DNA of 64,000 nucleotides from a virus (IMGVR_UViG_3300007712_000002:1-64000); one strand, 5' to 3'; counted from the first letter of the stretch, positions 29,313 through 38,210 are shown. Numbers and translations: made by a program. The notes: generated from the letters alone by a model not told the origin.

Positions 29313-29619
29313 GGACATGGCATCCAAAATTGAAATGCTCGCTGCACTGACTCCAGGTTGCAATACTGCGTCTAGCCAGCCTGCAACGATCAGCAGCCGA
29401 AAGTTTGATTTCGACAAGAGCAAGAACCTGTTCCTCGCCGAAGTCAGCGAACTCCAAATCCGCGAGATGGGCTGCTTCTACATTCGCAGTGCTCGCACTG
29501 GCGACACTCGTCTGTTCATGCTCCAGAAAGTGGAGCGTGACGCAAGTGGCGAGGACATTCTCGCCTTTCACTACATCAGCCCGGGACAAGGTCTCAGTGC
29601 TGTTGTGTTCAACGACTAA
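29311..29619 (+). CDS. Hypothetical early protein
   Basis: After early cassette; start may be 29317. Confidence 0.7.
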   Translation: MDMASKIEMLAALTPGCNTASSQPATISSRKFDFDKSKNLFLAEVSELQIREMGCFYIRSARTGDTRLFMLQKVERDASGEDILAFHYISPGQGLSAVVFND

Positions 29620-29638
29620 ACCTCAAAAAGGAACTAAC

Positions 29639-29752
29639 ATGGATATCTTGATTGTTTTGGTAGCTTGCCCGCTTCTGGCGCTTGGAATTGGTTACCTCTA
29701 TGCACTGAAGATTGGTGCAGAACATCGTCCTGAATACGATAAAATTGCTTGA
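29639..29752 (+). CDS. 37-aa membrane peptide
   Basis: MDILIVLVACPLLALGIGYLY..., RBS AAGGA. Confidence 0.55.
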   Translation: MDILIVLVACPLLALGIGYLYALKIGAEHRPEYDKIA

Positions 29753-29816
29753 CGCCCCGGGGCGTCTCGCAGTATACTAACAACATTAGAAGTATTACAA
29801 ATCAGAAGGAAGTCCG

Positions 29817-30590
29817 ATGATTGGATATCGCCCTACAAAAGAAAAATATCCCCTGATGGAGGCACTTGCTGTCGCCGTTGCGATTGATCGCGAACAAGGC
29901 TTTATCAAGTCCAACCAGGGATACTACGATCAAGATACTGATCAGCGTGTTGATGACAACCGCACGGTTGCTCTCCGCACGTTGCGGGTTCGCCACGGCG
30001 CCAAACCACAGACCAATGGTGATGGTGTGGAACTTTATCGTGTCGAAACCACATCAGAAGATGAACAGAAGGCACAGGAAATCTTCAGCTACTTTGACCA
30101 GGTCTTGCTCATGGACAAGATGGCCGATAACCTTGTCAAGCATGGCCGTGACGGCCTGATCAATGACTACAATCTCCAGTTGAGCAGGATGTTTGACAAA
30201 GGTGAGATTGACGTTAACAAAGAGCTGGCTATGATTGTCAGCCTTCCCAACAGCCGTCGGATGGCCGACAAGCGCGACCAAATGGATGAGTTTCATGCCA
30301 GCCATAAAGCCAACGGCTACGTTGGTGATTTGCGTCAACGTATCAAGGTCGTGGCCCGGGTCATGGACGTCAAGTTTCTCCCCCGTCATCATATTCATCT
30401 TGCGACAGTTGTTACTGAAGATGAAAAGCTTATCAAGTTCTTCATGAACGAGAAGCTGGGTGATATGGCCCGCACGATCAATGGCAAGACTATTGAGATC
30501 ACGGGCACGGTCAAGAAGCAGGAAGTCAATGATTTTACTGGCTGCCAGGAAACAGTGATCAACCGTGTCAAGATCGGAGAAACCCAGTAA
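29817..30590 (+). CDS. Hypothetical protein with OB-fold-like C-terminus
   Basis: YVG...RI...V....ITGTVK...QETVINRVK; RBS AAGGA. Confidence 0.6.
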   Translation: MIGYRPTKEKYPLMEALAVAVAIDREQGFIKSNQGYYDQDTDQRVDDNRTVALRTLRVRHGAKPQTNGDGVELYRVETTSEDEQKAQEIFSYFDQVLLMDKMADNLVKHGRDGLINDYNLQLSRMFDKGEIDVNKELAMIVSLPNSRRMADKRDQMDEFHASHKANGYVGDLRQRIKVVARVMDVKFLPRHHIHLATVVTEDEKLIKFFMNEKLGDMARTINGKTIEITGTVKKQEVNDFTGCQETVINRVKIGETQ

Positions 30591-30608
30591 CCCACTGAAA
30601 ATAAAACA

Positions 30609-30638
30609 GACAAAGGCGCTCCAAGGGGCGCCTTTGTC
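30609..30638 (+). terminator. Hairpin terminator
   Basis: GACAAAGGCGC-N8-GCGCCTTTGTC. Confidence 0.75.
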
Positions 30639-30639
30639 A

Positions 30640-30690
30640 TTGACACTACCAATACCTTTTGCTAGATTACATGGGTAAGCAATAGGAGAT
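30640..30690 (+). promoter_or_regulatory. Early promoter/RBS cassette, divergent copy 4
   Basis: TTGACA-17 bp-TAGATT, GGTAAGCAATAGGAGAT. Confidence 0.75.
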
Positions 30691-30693
30691 AAA

Positions 30694-31725
30694 ATGACCG
30701 AGATCATTGTCAAGCGTGGACGTTACGGAGAGCAAGAAATTGTCAACCAGCCGTTCACCATGGAGCTCAGCCCGCGCATGGGCAAGAAGGGCATGTATGT
30801 CACAGTTGACGGCACGCCGATCGGACAAAAGCGCAAGGTGCGGGTCCTGATCGACAGCGAAAACGATGTCAAACTCAATGATAGCACCGCTGTTATCCGT
30901 CCCGTGGAAGCACAGGCCGAACCTGAAGTCCAAGCCGAGACTGACGAGCAGATCATGGATCGTATGCGTGAAAAGTTTCAAGTGCTGGATGGTATGACCA
31001 TGGCGGCAGTTGAAGGCCATGTCCGCGCTATGATCGTTACAGGTCCTCCTGGTGTTGGCAAAAGCTTTGGTATCGAAACCACGCTGGAGAGCCTGGATGT
31101 CATGGACAAGGTCACTGACACCGAATTGCATGATGAGACTGCGAAGCGCGGCGTCGAGAAGGTCGCAAGTGCAAGCGCACTGGGCCTTTACCAATTGCTT
31201 TGGGAATACCGTGCAGAAGGAAGCCTGCTTGTTCTGGACGATAGCGACAGCGTCCTAAATGACGAAGCTGGCATCAACATGCTCAAAGCTGCCACTGACT
31301 CGGGCAAGAAGCGCAAGTTGACCTGGCGCACTGAAAGCCGTGTGCTTGAAGATCGCGGCATACCTGACGAGTTCGAGTTTGAAGGTAGCATTATCTTTGT
31401 TACCAACCTTGACTTTGAAAAGTCGCGCGGCAAGATTGGTGAGCACCTCAAGGCTATTGTTAGCCGCTGCCACTACCTGGACATGGGTATCCACGACAGC
31501 CATGAAAAGTTTCTCCGCTGCAAGCAGATTGTGCGTGATGGAATGTTGACGTCCTACAAGTTTGATGATGTGATGATTGATCGTATCCTCACTTACATCG
31601 AGGTCAACCAGAAGTCACTGCGCGAACTTAGCCTGCGTATGGTCAAGAAGATTGCGGACCTTGCTCGCATGGATCCTGATAGTTGGCAGACGTATGCAGA
31701 CCAGACTTGCTTGCGGGGGAAGTGA
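30694..31725 (+). CDS. AAA-family ATPase (early)
   Basis: GPPGVGKS, LVLDDSD, IFVTN, SRC. Confidence 0.8.
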   Translation: MTEIIVKRGRYGEQEIVNQPFTMELSPRMGKKGMYVTVDGTPIGQKRKVRVLIDSENDVKLNDSTAVIRPVEAQAEPEVQAETDEQIMDRMREKFQVLDGMTMAAVEGHVRAMIVTGPPGVGKSFGIETTLESLDVMDKVTDTELHDETAKRGVEKVASASALGLYQLLWEYRAEGSLLVLDDSDSVLNDEAGINMLKAATDSGKKRKLTWRTESRVLEDRGIPDEFEFEGSIIFVTNLDFEKSRGKIGEHLKAIVSRCHYLDMGIHDSHEKFLRCKQIVRDGMLTSYKFDDVMIDRILTYIEVNQKSLRELSLRMVKKIADLARMDPDSWQTYADQTCLRGK

Positions 31726-31726
31726 C

Positions 31727-32035
31727 ATGAACCTGGAATCGCTTCGTGAATATGCTGATCTGCAGGAGGAAGTCCTGCAGATCGCACAGTGTATTGTGGA
31801 TACAGAAGCGTCTGATCCACAGGAAAACGCAGGCGAGCCGCTCAGAGCATACAGATTTACACCTGAACTCTACGTCACTGAAGTGGACCTTTCGCCTATT
31901 AACCAAGGCATGATCTCGATCCACTATGTGGAAGACTGGGGACAGGCTGGCAGTGAGAGCAAAATCTTGCATCGCACCATTGAAGAGTTCTGTGATCCTA
32001 AATACCTTTTTAAATCGATAGAAGATGGAAACTGA
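31727..32035 (+). CDS. Hypothetical protein
   Basis: MNLESLREY after GGGGGA. Confidence 0.55.
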   Translation: MNLESLREYADLQEEVLQIAQCIVDTEASDPQENAGEPLRAYRFTPELYVTEVDLSPINQGMISIHYVEDWGQAGSESKILHRTIEEFCDPKYLFKSIEDGN

Positions 32036-32037
32036 TT

Positions 32038-32301
32038 ATGAATATACCAGATGGTATTGATGGATGGGATTTTGATTTTGATAATACAGTTGTCTTCTAT
32101 CATGATAGTCATGTCCAAATGAAAGACATGAAATCCTGGTTCAGATCATTTTTAAATGACGAAGTGCGTTATGTTCCCGTCGCGCGGTCCGGACCATCAG
32201 GACCATATTCTTGGTGGTTCGAACTTACAGATAACGACTTTGTTATGCTCAAAATAGTATTATCAATCACTGAACCTTCTGCTCCACCACGAACATTCTA
32301 A
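32038..32301 (+). CDS. Hypothetical protein
   Basis: 87 aa ORF. Confidence 0.55.
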   Translation: MNIPDGIDGWDFDFDNTVVFYHDSHVQMKDMKSWFRSFLNDEVRYVPVARSGPSGPYSWWFELTDNDFVMLKIVLSITEPSAPPRTF

Positions 32302-32318
32302 TTACTCAAAGTATCTTC

Positions 32319-32347
32319 TTGACATCATTAAAGAATAAATGTATGTT
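32319..32347 (+). promoter_or_regulatory. Sigma70-type promoter with no downstream ORF before the next promoter
   Basis: TTGACA-17 bp-TATGTT. Confidence 0.65.
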
Positions 32348-32353
32348 ATGAAT

Positions 32354-32433
32354 TAACCAGCCAGTATCATCTCCTTTCCATCATTGCGTCCCTGGTTGGT
32401 CAAGCGGGTCGGGCAAGAGTCCGACCCGCACTC
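32354..32433 (+). ncRNA. Candidate small RNA with anti-SD loop
   Basis: Stem ACCAGCCAG/CTGGTTGGT around CATCTCCTTTCC, then 11-bp GC hairpin. Confidence 0.55.
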
Positions 32434-32448
32434 ATCTATGATAAGTAT

Positions 32449-32477
32449 TTGACAATCATAGATAAAAAGTGTATTAT
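32449..32477 (+). promoter_or_regulatory. Sigma70-type promoter of uvsW (leaderless geometry)
   Basis: TTGACA-17 bp-TATTAT, ATG after a 7-nt gap, no SD. Confidence 0.7.
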
Positions 32478-32484
32478 TATTAAC

Positions 32485-34068
32485 ATGGAAGCAAAAATCG
32501 AGCTGCTCGATGAAGTGAATTGTAAAATTCACGGTCTTAACACGTCTACTAGGCGCAAGTTACATGATGAGTTTAGCTTCATGCTACCTCATGCTTATCA
32601 CGTCCCGGCTTTTAAAATGGGTAGATGGGACGGCAAGACCAACTTCTTCGCTCTAGGCGGCAAAACATATGTAAATTTGTTAGAAGATATTCTGCCCTCG
32701 CTCCTTGAAGAAGGATACGAGGTCAGTCTAATTGACAATCGCAATAAGTATGATCTAGAACTCACTCCAATTGATGTAGATCACTTTGCGGATCGTGTAT
32801 GGCCTGAAGGTCATCCAGTCGCCGGCGAACCTGTTATATTGCGCGACTATCAACTAGAGATCATCAATAACTTTTTGAAGAACCAATCCAGTGTTCAAGA
32901 AGTAGCAACAGGAGCAGGCAAGACACTTATTACAGCCGCCCTGAGCGACCTCATCGAGCGCAGTATGACAGAAGAACAGTTAGTGATGCACAAGCTAACA
33001 ACTGGCAGCGACGGCGGCGCTAGAACTATTGTGGTTGTGCCAAACAAAGGCTTGGTTACCCAAACAGAAGAAGACTACCAAAATCTGGGTCTGGATGTGG
33101 GAGTATATTATGGTGATCGCAAAGAATACAATCGCACCCACACCATCTGCACTTGGCAAAGCCTAGAGATCATACAGAAGAATTTCAAGAACGGCAAAAG
33201 CGACATGAGTCTAGAGGACTTCACACGTGGAGTCATGGCAGTGATTGTTGATGAGGCACACGGCGCCAAGGCTGATGTCCTCAAGGCCATGCTGGTCGGC
33301 GCGTTCCGTAACATACCAATACGTTGGGGGCTAACGGGCACCATACCCCCTGAAGAACACGCCGCAGTGGGCCTCAAGGTATCGTTGGGGCCAGTTGTGG
33401 GAGAGCTAGCAGCCGCTACACTACAAGCTGACGGGGTGCTATCAAACTGTCACGTTGACATAATACAGATGCAAGACAATGTGCTTTATGATAACTATCA
33501 GAGTGAGTTGAGTTATCTTACCACTGACAGCGCAAGACTAGACTACATGGCAGAATTTATCATGGCTATCGCTGGTGAAGAAAATACACTCGTGTTAGTC
33601 GATAGGGTAAAGGCTGGACGAGGCCTACTAGAGAGGCTACCTGAAGACCGAACCGTGTTTGTTAGTGGCGAGATGAAGAACGAAGACCGCCGCGGACATT
33701 ACAAAGATATTTCAAACAGCGATGGAAAGATCATCGTTGCAACCTACGGGGTCGCGGCCGTGGGTATTAACGTTCCCCGAATTTTCAATATGGTGCTTGT
33801 GGAACCTGGCAAGAGCTTTATCCGTGTGATTCAAAGTATCGGGCGCGGATTGCGCCGTGCTGAGGATAAAGATTTCGTCAACATTTACGACATTTGTAGT
33901 TCAGCCAAGTTTAGTAAACGCCATCTCACGTCAAGGAAGAAGTTTTATAAAAAGGCCGAGTATCCTTTCAAGATCAACAAAGTAGATTGGCGACAAGACC
34001 AAAAACTGATTCGTGAATTAGGGAAACGAGTATTAAAGGAACCCCAAGTTGAAAATCTTAACCAGTGA
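32485..34068 (+). CDS. uvsW: SF2 helicase UvsW
   Basis: LRDYQ, ATGAGKT, VDEAH, GLTGT, QSIGRGLR. Confidence 0.9.
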   Translation: MEAKIELLDEVNCKIHGLNTSTRRKLHDEFSFMLPHAYHVPAFKMGRWDGKTNFFALGGKTYVNLLEDILPSLLEEGYEVSLIDNRNKYDLELTPIDVDHFADRVWPEGHPVAGEPVILRDYQLEIINNFLKNQSSVQEVATGAGKTLITAALSDLIERSMTEEQLVMHKLTTGSDGGARTIVVVPNKGLVTQTEEDYQNLGLDVGVYYGDRKEYNRTHTICTWQSLEIIQKNFKNGKSDMSLEDFTRGVMAVIVDEAHGAKADVLKAMLVGAFRNIPIRWGLTGTIPPEEHAAVGLKVSLGPVVGELAAATLQADGVLSNCHVDIIQMQDNVLYDNYQSELSYLTTDSARLDYMAEFIMAIAGEENTLVLVDRVKAGRGLLERLPEDRTVFVSGEMKNEDRRGHYKDISNSDGKIIVATYGVAAVGINVPRIFNMVLVEPGKSFIRVIQSIGRGLRRAEDKDFVNIYDICSSAKFSKRHLTSRKKFYKKAEYPFKINKVDWRQDQKLIRELGKRVLKEPQVENLNQ

Positions 34069-34549
34069 AAATCAAACTTACGAGTTGGATTTCGTACCTG
34101 ATGAGATTGATGATATTCGCTATTGCGTTCTCGATTACAGTGACAAGCAAAATCCTGATTACTACTTTATGCCGCTCGTATTTTTGGAGATCTTCAATGC
34201 TCCAGCAGCAGTATTACAAGTGGGTGATTATACATTTAAGATGCCTATTGACTGGAGTTTGATCATATGTGACAGCGAAATTGGTGAGCCTGAAGTTATA
34301 CCTATCACGTCACTTAATGACAGAGGGTTTTCAGCGTTTACTATTAATCCTATCTCAAGCTACATGCCCAGCTATCAAACCATTGAAATCGTCAATGTAT
34401 ACAGCGAGGTTAAATGGCATTTTCCTAAACTCAAACAAGGACATTTGTTAGCAGTGCCAATGGGAGATCAAGACGGATCAAACTGCGCGTTCTTTGTCAA
34501 AGAAACCAGCAAGGTTCCTGATGTGCTCGACATAAGCGAACTATGGTAG
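34049..34549 (+). CDS. Hypothetical protein
   Basis: 166 aa, TTG start with AAGGA, coupled to uvsW. Confidence 0.7.
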   Translation: MKILTSENQTYELDFVPDEIDDIRYCVLDYSDKQNPDYYFMPLVFLEIFNAPAAVLQVGDYTFKMPIDWSLIICDSEIGEPEVIPITSLNDRGFSAFTINPISSYMPSYQTIEIVNVYSEVKWHFPKLKQGHLLAVPMGDQDGSNCAFFVKETSKVPDVLDISELW

Positions 34550-34688
34550 ACCGTGCAATTGTATACGCCCCCTATCTACCACTCTTCCCAGGTCAGCTAA
34601 CGACATTGGATGGATCAAAACACTATAATGACCGCCCGTATATGTGTATAATGAATATGTTAGGTCTATTGAATAACGGAAAAACGAG

Positions 34689-35156
34689 ATGCCAACAATT
34701 AAAGAAGAGATGTCTGCGATTGATTTACGCAAGTATAATTGGTATGCCAATCTCAATGAAGACGACAAAAAAGAGTTGAGCATGTGGGTCCTCATGCGTT
34801 ACTGTTCTAGCACGAGCAGTAAGGTTGATGACATCAACCATTTTTATCTCAATATGACAAACGAACTAGTCAACGTCAATTTTAACGATCTGCGTCACTA
34901 TCCTGATTTGCAGTTTCGTCTCATGCAATGTGTTGGTATTGGCAGTAACCAGTTTCACGCTTGGATCAAACCTGGCAAGAGAAAGAAGTCAAGCAAGGGC
35001 AATGCAAAGCTTGAGGAATTCTATCTTGGTCTATACCCTCATCTAAAAGACGATGAGTTGGCAATGGCATTGGATTCAATGAGCGAACAAGACGTTCGCG
35101 ATATGCTTGAGGACGCCGGCATACCCAAGAACAAGGTAAAAGAATATCTCAAATGA
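34689..35156 (+). CDS. Possible clamp-loader small subunit (gp62-like)
   Basis: WVLMRYCS, N..VN.NF...HYPDLQ, HAWIKP; weak motif recall, replication context. Confidence 0.4.
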   Translation: MPTIKEEMSAIDLRKYNWYANLNEDDKKELSMWVLMRYCSSTSSKVDDINHFYLNMTNELVNVNFNDLRHYPDLQFRLMQCVGIGSNQFHAWIKPGKRKKSSKGNAKLEEFYLGLYPHLKDDELAMALDSMSEQDVRDMLEDAGIPKNKVKEYLK

Positions 35157-35827
35157 CTTTCAAGTGTGAGTATTGTGGAAATACCTTCAAGCGCGAAAGC
35201 TCATTGACTAATCACATGTGTAAGATCAAGAAGCGTTTCCTTCAACGCGACGAGCAACATGTTAAATTGGGCCTGAAGTTTTTTGATGATTGGTATCGTA
35301 TCGCTATGGGCGCTAGTGGTCATAAAACATACGAACAATTTGCAAAAAGTCAATATTATGGGGCTTTTGTTCGTTTTGGACTTTACGTTCTCGAAACCCG
35401 CGTGTTAGCACCAGAGCGTTATCTAAGCTGGCTGATACGTGAGAAGACGCCCGTAGACAGGTGGTGCAAGGACAGCATATACAACCAATATCTGGCTGAA
35501 CAAAGCAAACGGGAAACAGCAGAGCGCGCTCTAGAGCGTTTTGTTATACATGCTGATAGCTGGTCAGAACGCACAGGATATCACTGGACAGAATACTGGC
35601 GCGAGGTCAAACCACATACGTTGGTCAATGATATAAAAATGGGCAAGGTATCTCCATGGGTATTTCTAGGATACAGCAAAGCCAAAGACGCTCTTGATGA
35701 ATTACCAAATGAACTGTTAAATGATATTGCTGAGACAATTGATCTCTCTTATTGGCAACGCAAATTAGAACTGAACCAAAGAGACGTTAAGTGGATTGAA
35801 GGAATATTAGATGTCAAAACAACCTAA
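35153..35827 (+). CDS. Protein with N-terminal Zn finger
   Basis: FKCEYCGNTF......HMC. Confidence 0.65.
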   Translation: MTFKCEYCGNTFKRESSLTNHMCKIKKRFLQRDEQHVKLGLKFFDDWYRIAMGASGHKTYEQFAKSQYYGAFVRFGLYVLETRVLAPERYLSWLIREKTPVDRWCKDSIYNQYLAEQSKRETAERALERFVIHADSWSERTGYHWTEYWREVKPHTLVNDIKMGKVSPWVFLGYSKAKDALDELPNELLNDIAETIDLSYWQRKLELNQRDVKWIEGILDVKTT

Positions 35828-36050
35828 GTATTTGTTCCTTCCAATAAAAGCAATTGCGTCAGATAGCAGAATCGATTCAGATCAAGACCAAGTCATGATT
35901 TTATTATCTGATTACACTTATTGGGGCCATCCAAAAATTAATAAGGCTTTGGAAAAATGGTGTGATGAATATGGCGCCGTCCTGGATGGATTGACATTGG
36001 TTTTTCCTGATGATGAAACATTTTTGTTATTTAAGATGACATGGGTATGA
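35811..36050 (+). CDS. Hypothetical protein
   Basis: 79 aa, ends F..DETFLLFKMTW. Confidence 0.55.
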   Translation: MSKQPKYLFLPIKAIASDSRIDSDQDQVMILLSDYTYWGHPKINKALEKWCDEYGAVLDGLTLVFPDDETFLLFKMTWV

Positions 36051-36055
36051 TATAA

Positions 36056-36637
36056 ATGAAACCAGCAGTAACAGATATCGATATTGACACACCAGATCGT
36101 GACAAAATTCTAAAGCTATTTCGTCATACAATCGCAAGCAACCACAGTGGTAAAAAACCCAGGGCTCATAATACTGGTGTATATTTCCATCGTGTGCCAG
36201 AAGATCCTTTAACTGGTCGTTGTAGCATTGATTACCAAGAAGCCGAGGATTTGGGATATTTCAAAATTGATGTTCTCAATGTCGGTATCTATAAGGATGT
36301 AAAAGATGAACAGCACATGAATCAATTGCTTGAACGAGAGCCTGTGTGGGAATTGTTAGAGGAAAAAGATTTCTGTGATATGCTATTCCACATACGTGGA
36401 CACCATGACATTTGTCGTCAAATGAAGCCACGCAATGTTGAGCAATTAGCAGCGGTTTTGGCTATGATTCGACCAGCAAAAAGATCACTTGTTGGTAAGG
36501 AGTGGGATCATGTCATGAAACATGTCTGGACCCGCCCACGTAACGACGATTACTACTTTAAGAAAAGCCATGCTGTCGGCTATGCAATGGCTGTCAAATT
36601 ACATATGAATTTATTGGTTGAAAAAATAAATGAATAA
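36056..36637 (+). CDS. Minimal DNA polymerase III alpha (DnaE)-like protein
   Basis: DIDID, HNTGVY, KIDVL, LAMIRP, YFKKSHAVGY in DnaE order within 193 aa. Confidence 0.7.
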   Translation: MKPAVTDIDIDTPDRDKILKLFRHTIASNHSGKKPRAHNTGVYFHRVPEDPLTGRCSIDYQEAEDLGYFKIDVLNVGIYKDVKDEQHMNQLLEREPVWELLEEKDFCDMLFHIRGHHDICRQMKPRNVEQLAAVLAMIRPAKRSLVGKEWDHVMKHVWTRPRNDDYYFKKSHAVGYAMAVKLHMNLLVEKINE

Positions 36638-37319
36638 AATTGATCATTTAAATGAACATGGATATGCTGTTTGGAAAACCCTCGTTTCACCTACCTCTCT
36701 CTATAGCCTAGTATATCATAAAGACACATTTGATATTCCTCTGCGTGGTCATGACATAAATGGAAATTATTATGAGTGTTATCACCGCAGTGTTGAATGG
36801 GCAAATTATTGGACACTACCACTCAATCAAAACAATCGAGTCAGAGAAATACGTGCCAATGTTGACCCTGTTGTTGAGCAACTTCTAGATCGTCCGGTTT
36901 TTTATCATGCTGATGCCAGTGTATTAACAGAATTAAACAATACTATACGACCACATATCGATACACCACATAGACATAAGCCTTGGAATAAAAAAATTGA
37001 CCGCAGGCTTGGAATACAAGTTGCAATGCCCATGCATGACATGAAAGTTACAGCTGGCATAACAGCATTTGTTCCTGGTAGTCATCGAAAATACTGGGAT
37101 ATAAAGAAATGTTATCGTGGAGATTACACACAACAATTTTTAAGGGAATGTGAACAACCTCAAATCACATATGGAGATATGATAGTTTGGGATGCAAGAA
37201 CATTGCATAGCCAAATGCCAAATGTTAGTCATTCAAGTCGATACATGTTAATAATGAATTACCTTGAAGAAGACGTTGTTCAAGATGTGATGCAATATGA
37301 AGCTAGTCTGCACGCCTAA
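36630..37319 (+). CDS. PhyH-like 2OG-Fe(II) dioxygenase
   Basis: PHID, FVPGSH, GDMIVWDARTLH...N.S...R. Confidence 0.8.
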   Translation: MNKIDHLNEHGYAVWKTLVSPTSLYSLVYHKDTFDIPLRGHDINGNYYECYHRSVEWANYWTLPLNQNNRVREIRANVDPVVEQLLDRPVFYHADASVLTELNNTIRPHIDTPHRHKPWNKKIDRRLGIQVAMPMHDMKVTAGITAFVPGSHRKYWDIKKCYRGDYTQQFLRECEQPQITYGDMIVWDARTLHSQMPNVSHSSRYMLIMNYLEEDVVQDVMQYEASLHA

Positions 37320-37683
37320 TCAGCTGAACATTCTTTCGCTTTACACGTTTTTGCATGATATCCTTGAGACAAACACTTGGCCCATATTTGATCTCAAAAT
37401 CTTTGATATTGAATGTTCGCAAGCAATCCTTAAAGGGTGCAAAACGTTTGCCAAGAATGATGTTGATTGGAATCATGCGATTTGTTTCCCACCACCATTC
37501 TGCACCATATTCTAAAAACGCTTTGCGAAGTTCTGGTGTTTTGATTTCGTCAAATACATACATGCTAATCAAGTTTGCGTCTTGATTTTGTATGATGCCC
37601 AAATATTCATTCTTGCCGTAAACTGCTACGGTCAAAAAAGGATACTCATCAAGCAAATCTTCTAGTTTAATATTTCCTGTCAT
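37303..37683 (-). CDS. Hypothetical protein
   Basis: YPFL...EYLGIIQNQD...WWWETNRMIPIN; start 37683 after TATAAATA. Confidence 0.7.
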   Translation of the reverse strand: MTGNIKLEDLLDEYPFLTVAVYGKNEYLGIIQNQDANLISMYVFDEIKTPELRKAFLEYGAEWWWETNRMIPINIILGKRFAPFKDCLRTFNIKDFEIKYGPSVCLKDIMQKRVKRKNVQLIRRAD

Positions 37684-37688
37684 GCACC

Positions 37689-37727
37689 TATTTATACGCA
37701 AAACGTCTTGGTGATTTTTGATAAATA
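37689..37727. promoter_or_regulatory. Divergent late promoters, both leaderless
   Basis: TATAAATA(-)-N5-ATG and GATAAATA(+)-N5-ATG. Confidence 0.7.
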
Positions 37728-37732
37728 TCTGC

Positions 37733-38173
37733 ATGACAGTTTATGTATATAATACGCCACACGTTTCCAGTCCGATCAATGATCGCCGCGCAGGAACATA
37801 TCGTGTTGGTAGTGATAGTCCTGATCCAATACAGATTTATAAGGGATGGGACACAGTGTTGTATTTTGCGTTCCGAAACCACACCAATCGAGCTTATTTA
37901 ACAGTGGGATCTACCATTACGGCGCGCGTATACAATACAGAAAATGTTGAAGTTTTCGAAGGCACAATGGTAAGTGATCCTTTGATGGACGGCGCTGCAA
38001 CTTTGTTTATGAACGCAGCCCAGACTGATATTTTCGAGGCCGGACTATATAGCATGATTGTCGAAGTCACTGATGAGCGCGGCCGCACTTTGGTTGCCCA
38101 AACCAGCACCCGCAGCCTTCCCCGCTTTGTAATTGAAGTTATTGACCAGACTACAGTGGCTCTAAACATCTGA
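37733..38173 (+). CDS. Probable virion beta-sandwich protein
   Basis: Late promoter; IYKG.D..L.F.F.N, GLYSM.V. Confidence 0.5.
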   Translation: MTVYVYNTPHVSSPINDRRAGTYRVGSDSPDPIQIYKGWDTVLYFAFRNHTNRAYLTVGSTITARVYNTENVEVFEGTMVSDPLMDGAATLFMNAAQTDIFEAGLYSMIVEVTDERGRTLVAQTSTRSLPRFVIEVIDQTTVALNI

Positions 38174-38210
38174 TAGACACGTCCAGACTATTGTAATATA
38201 CTGATTCTAA

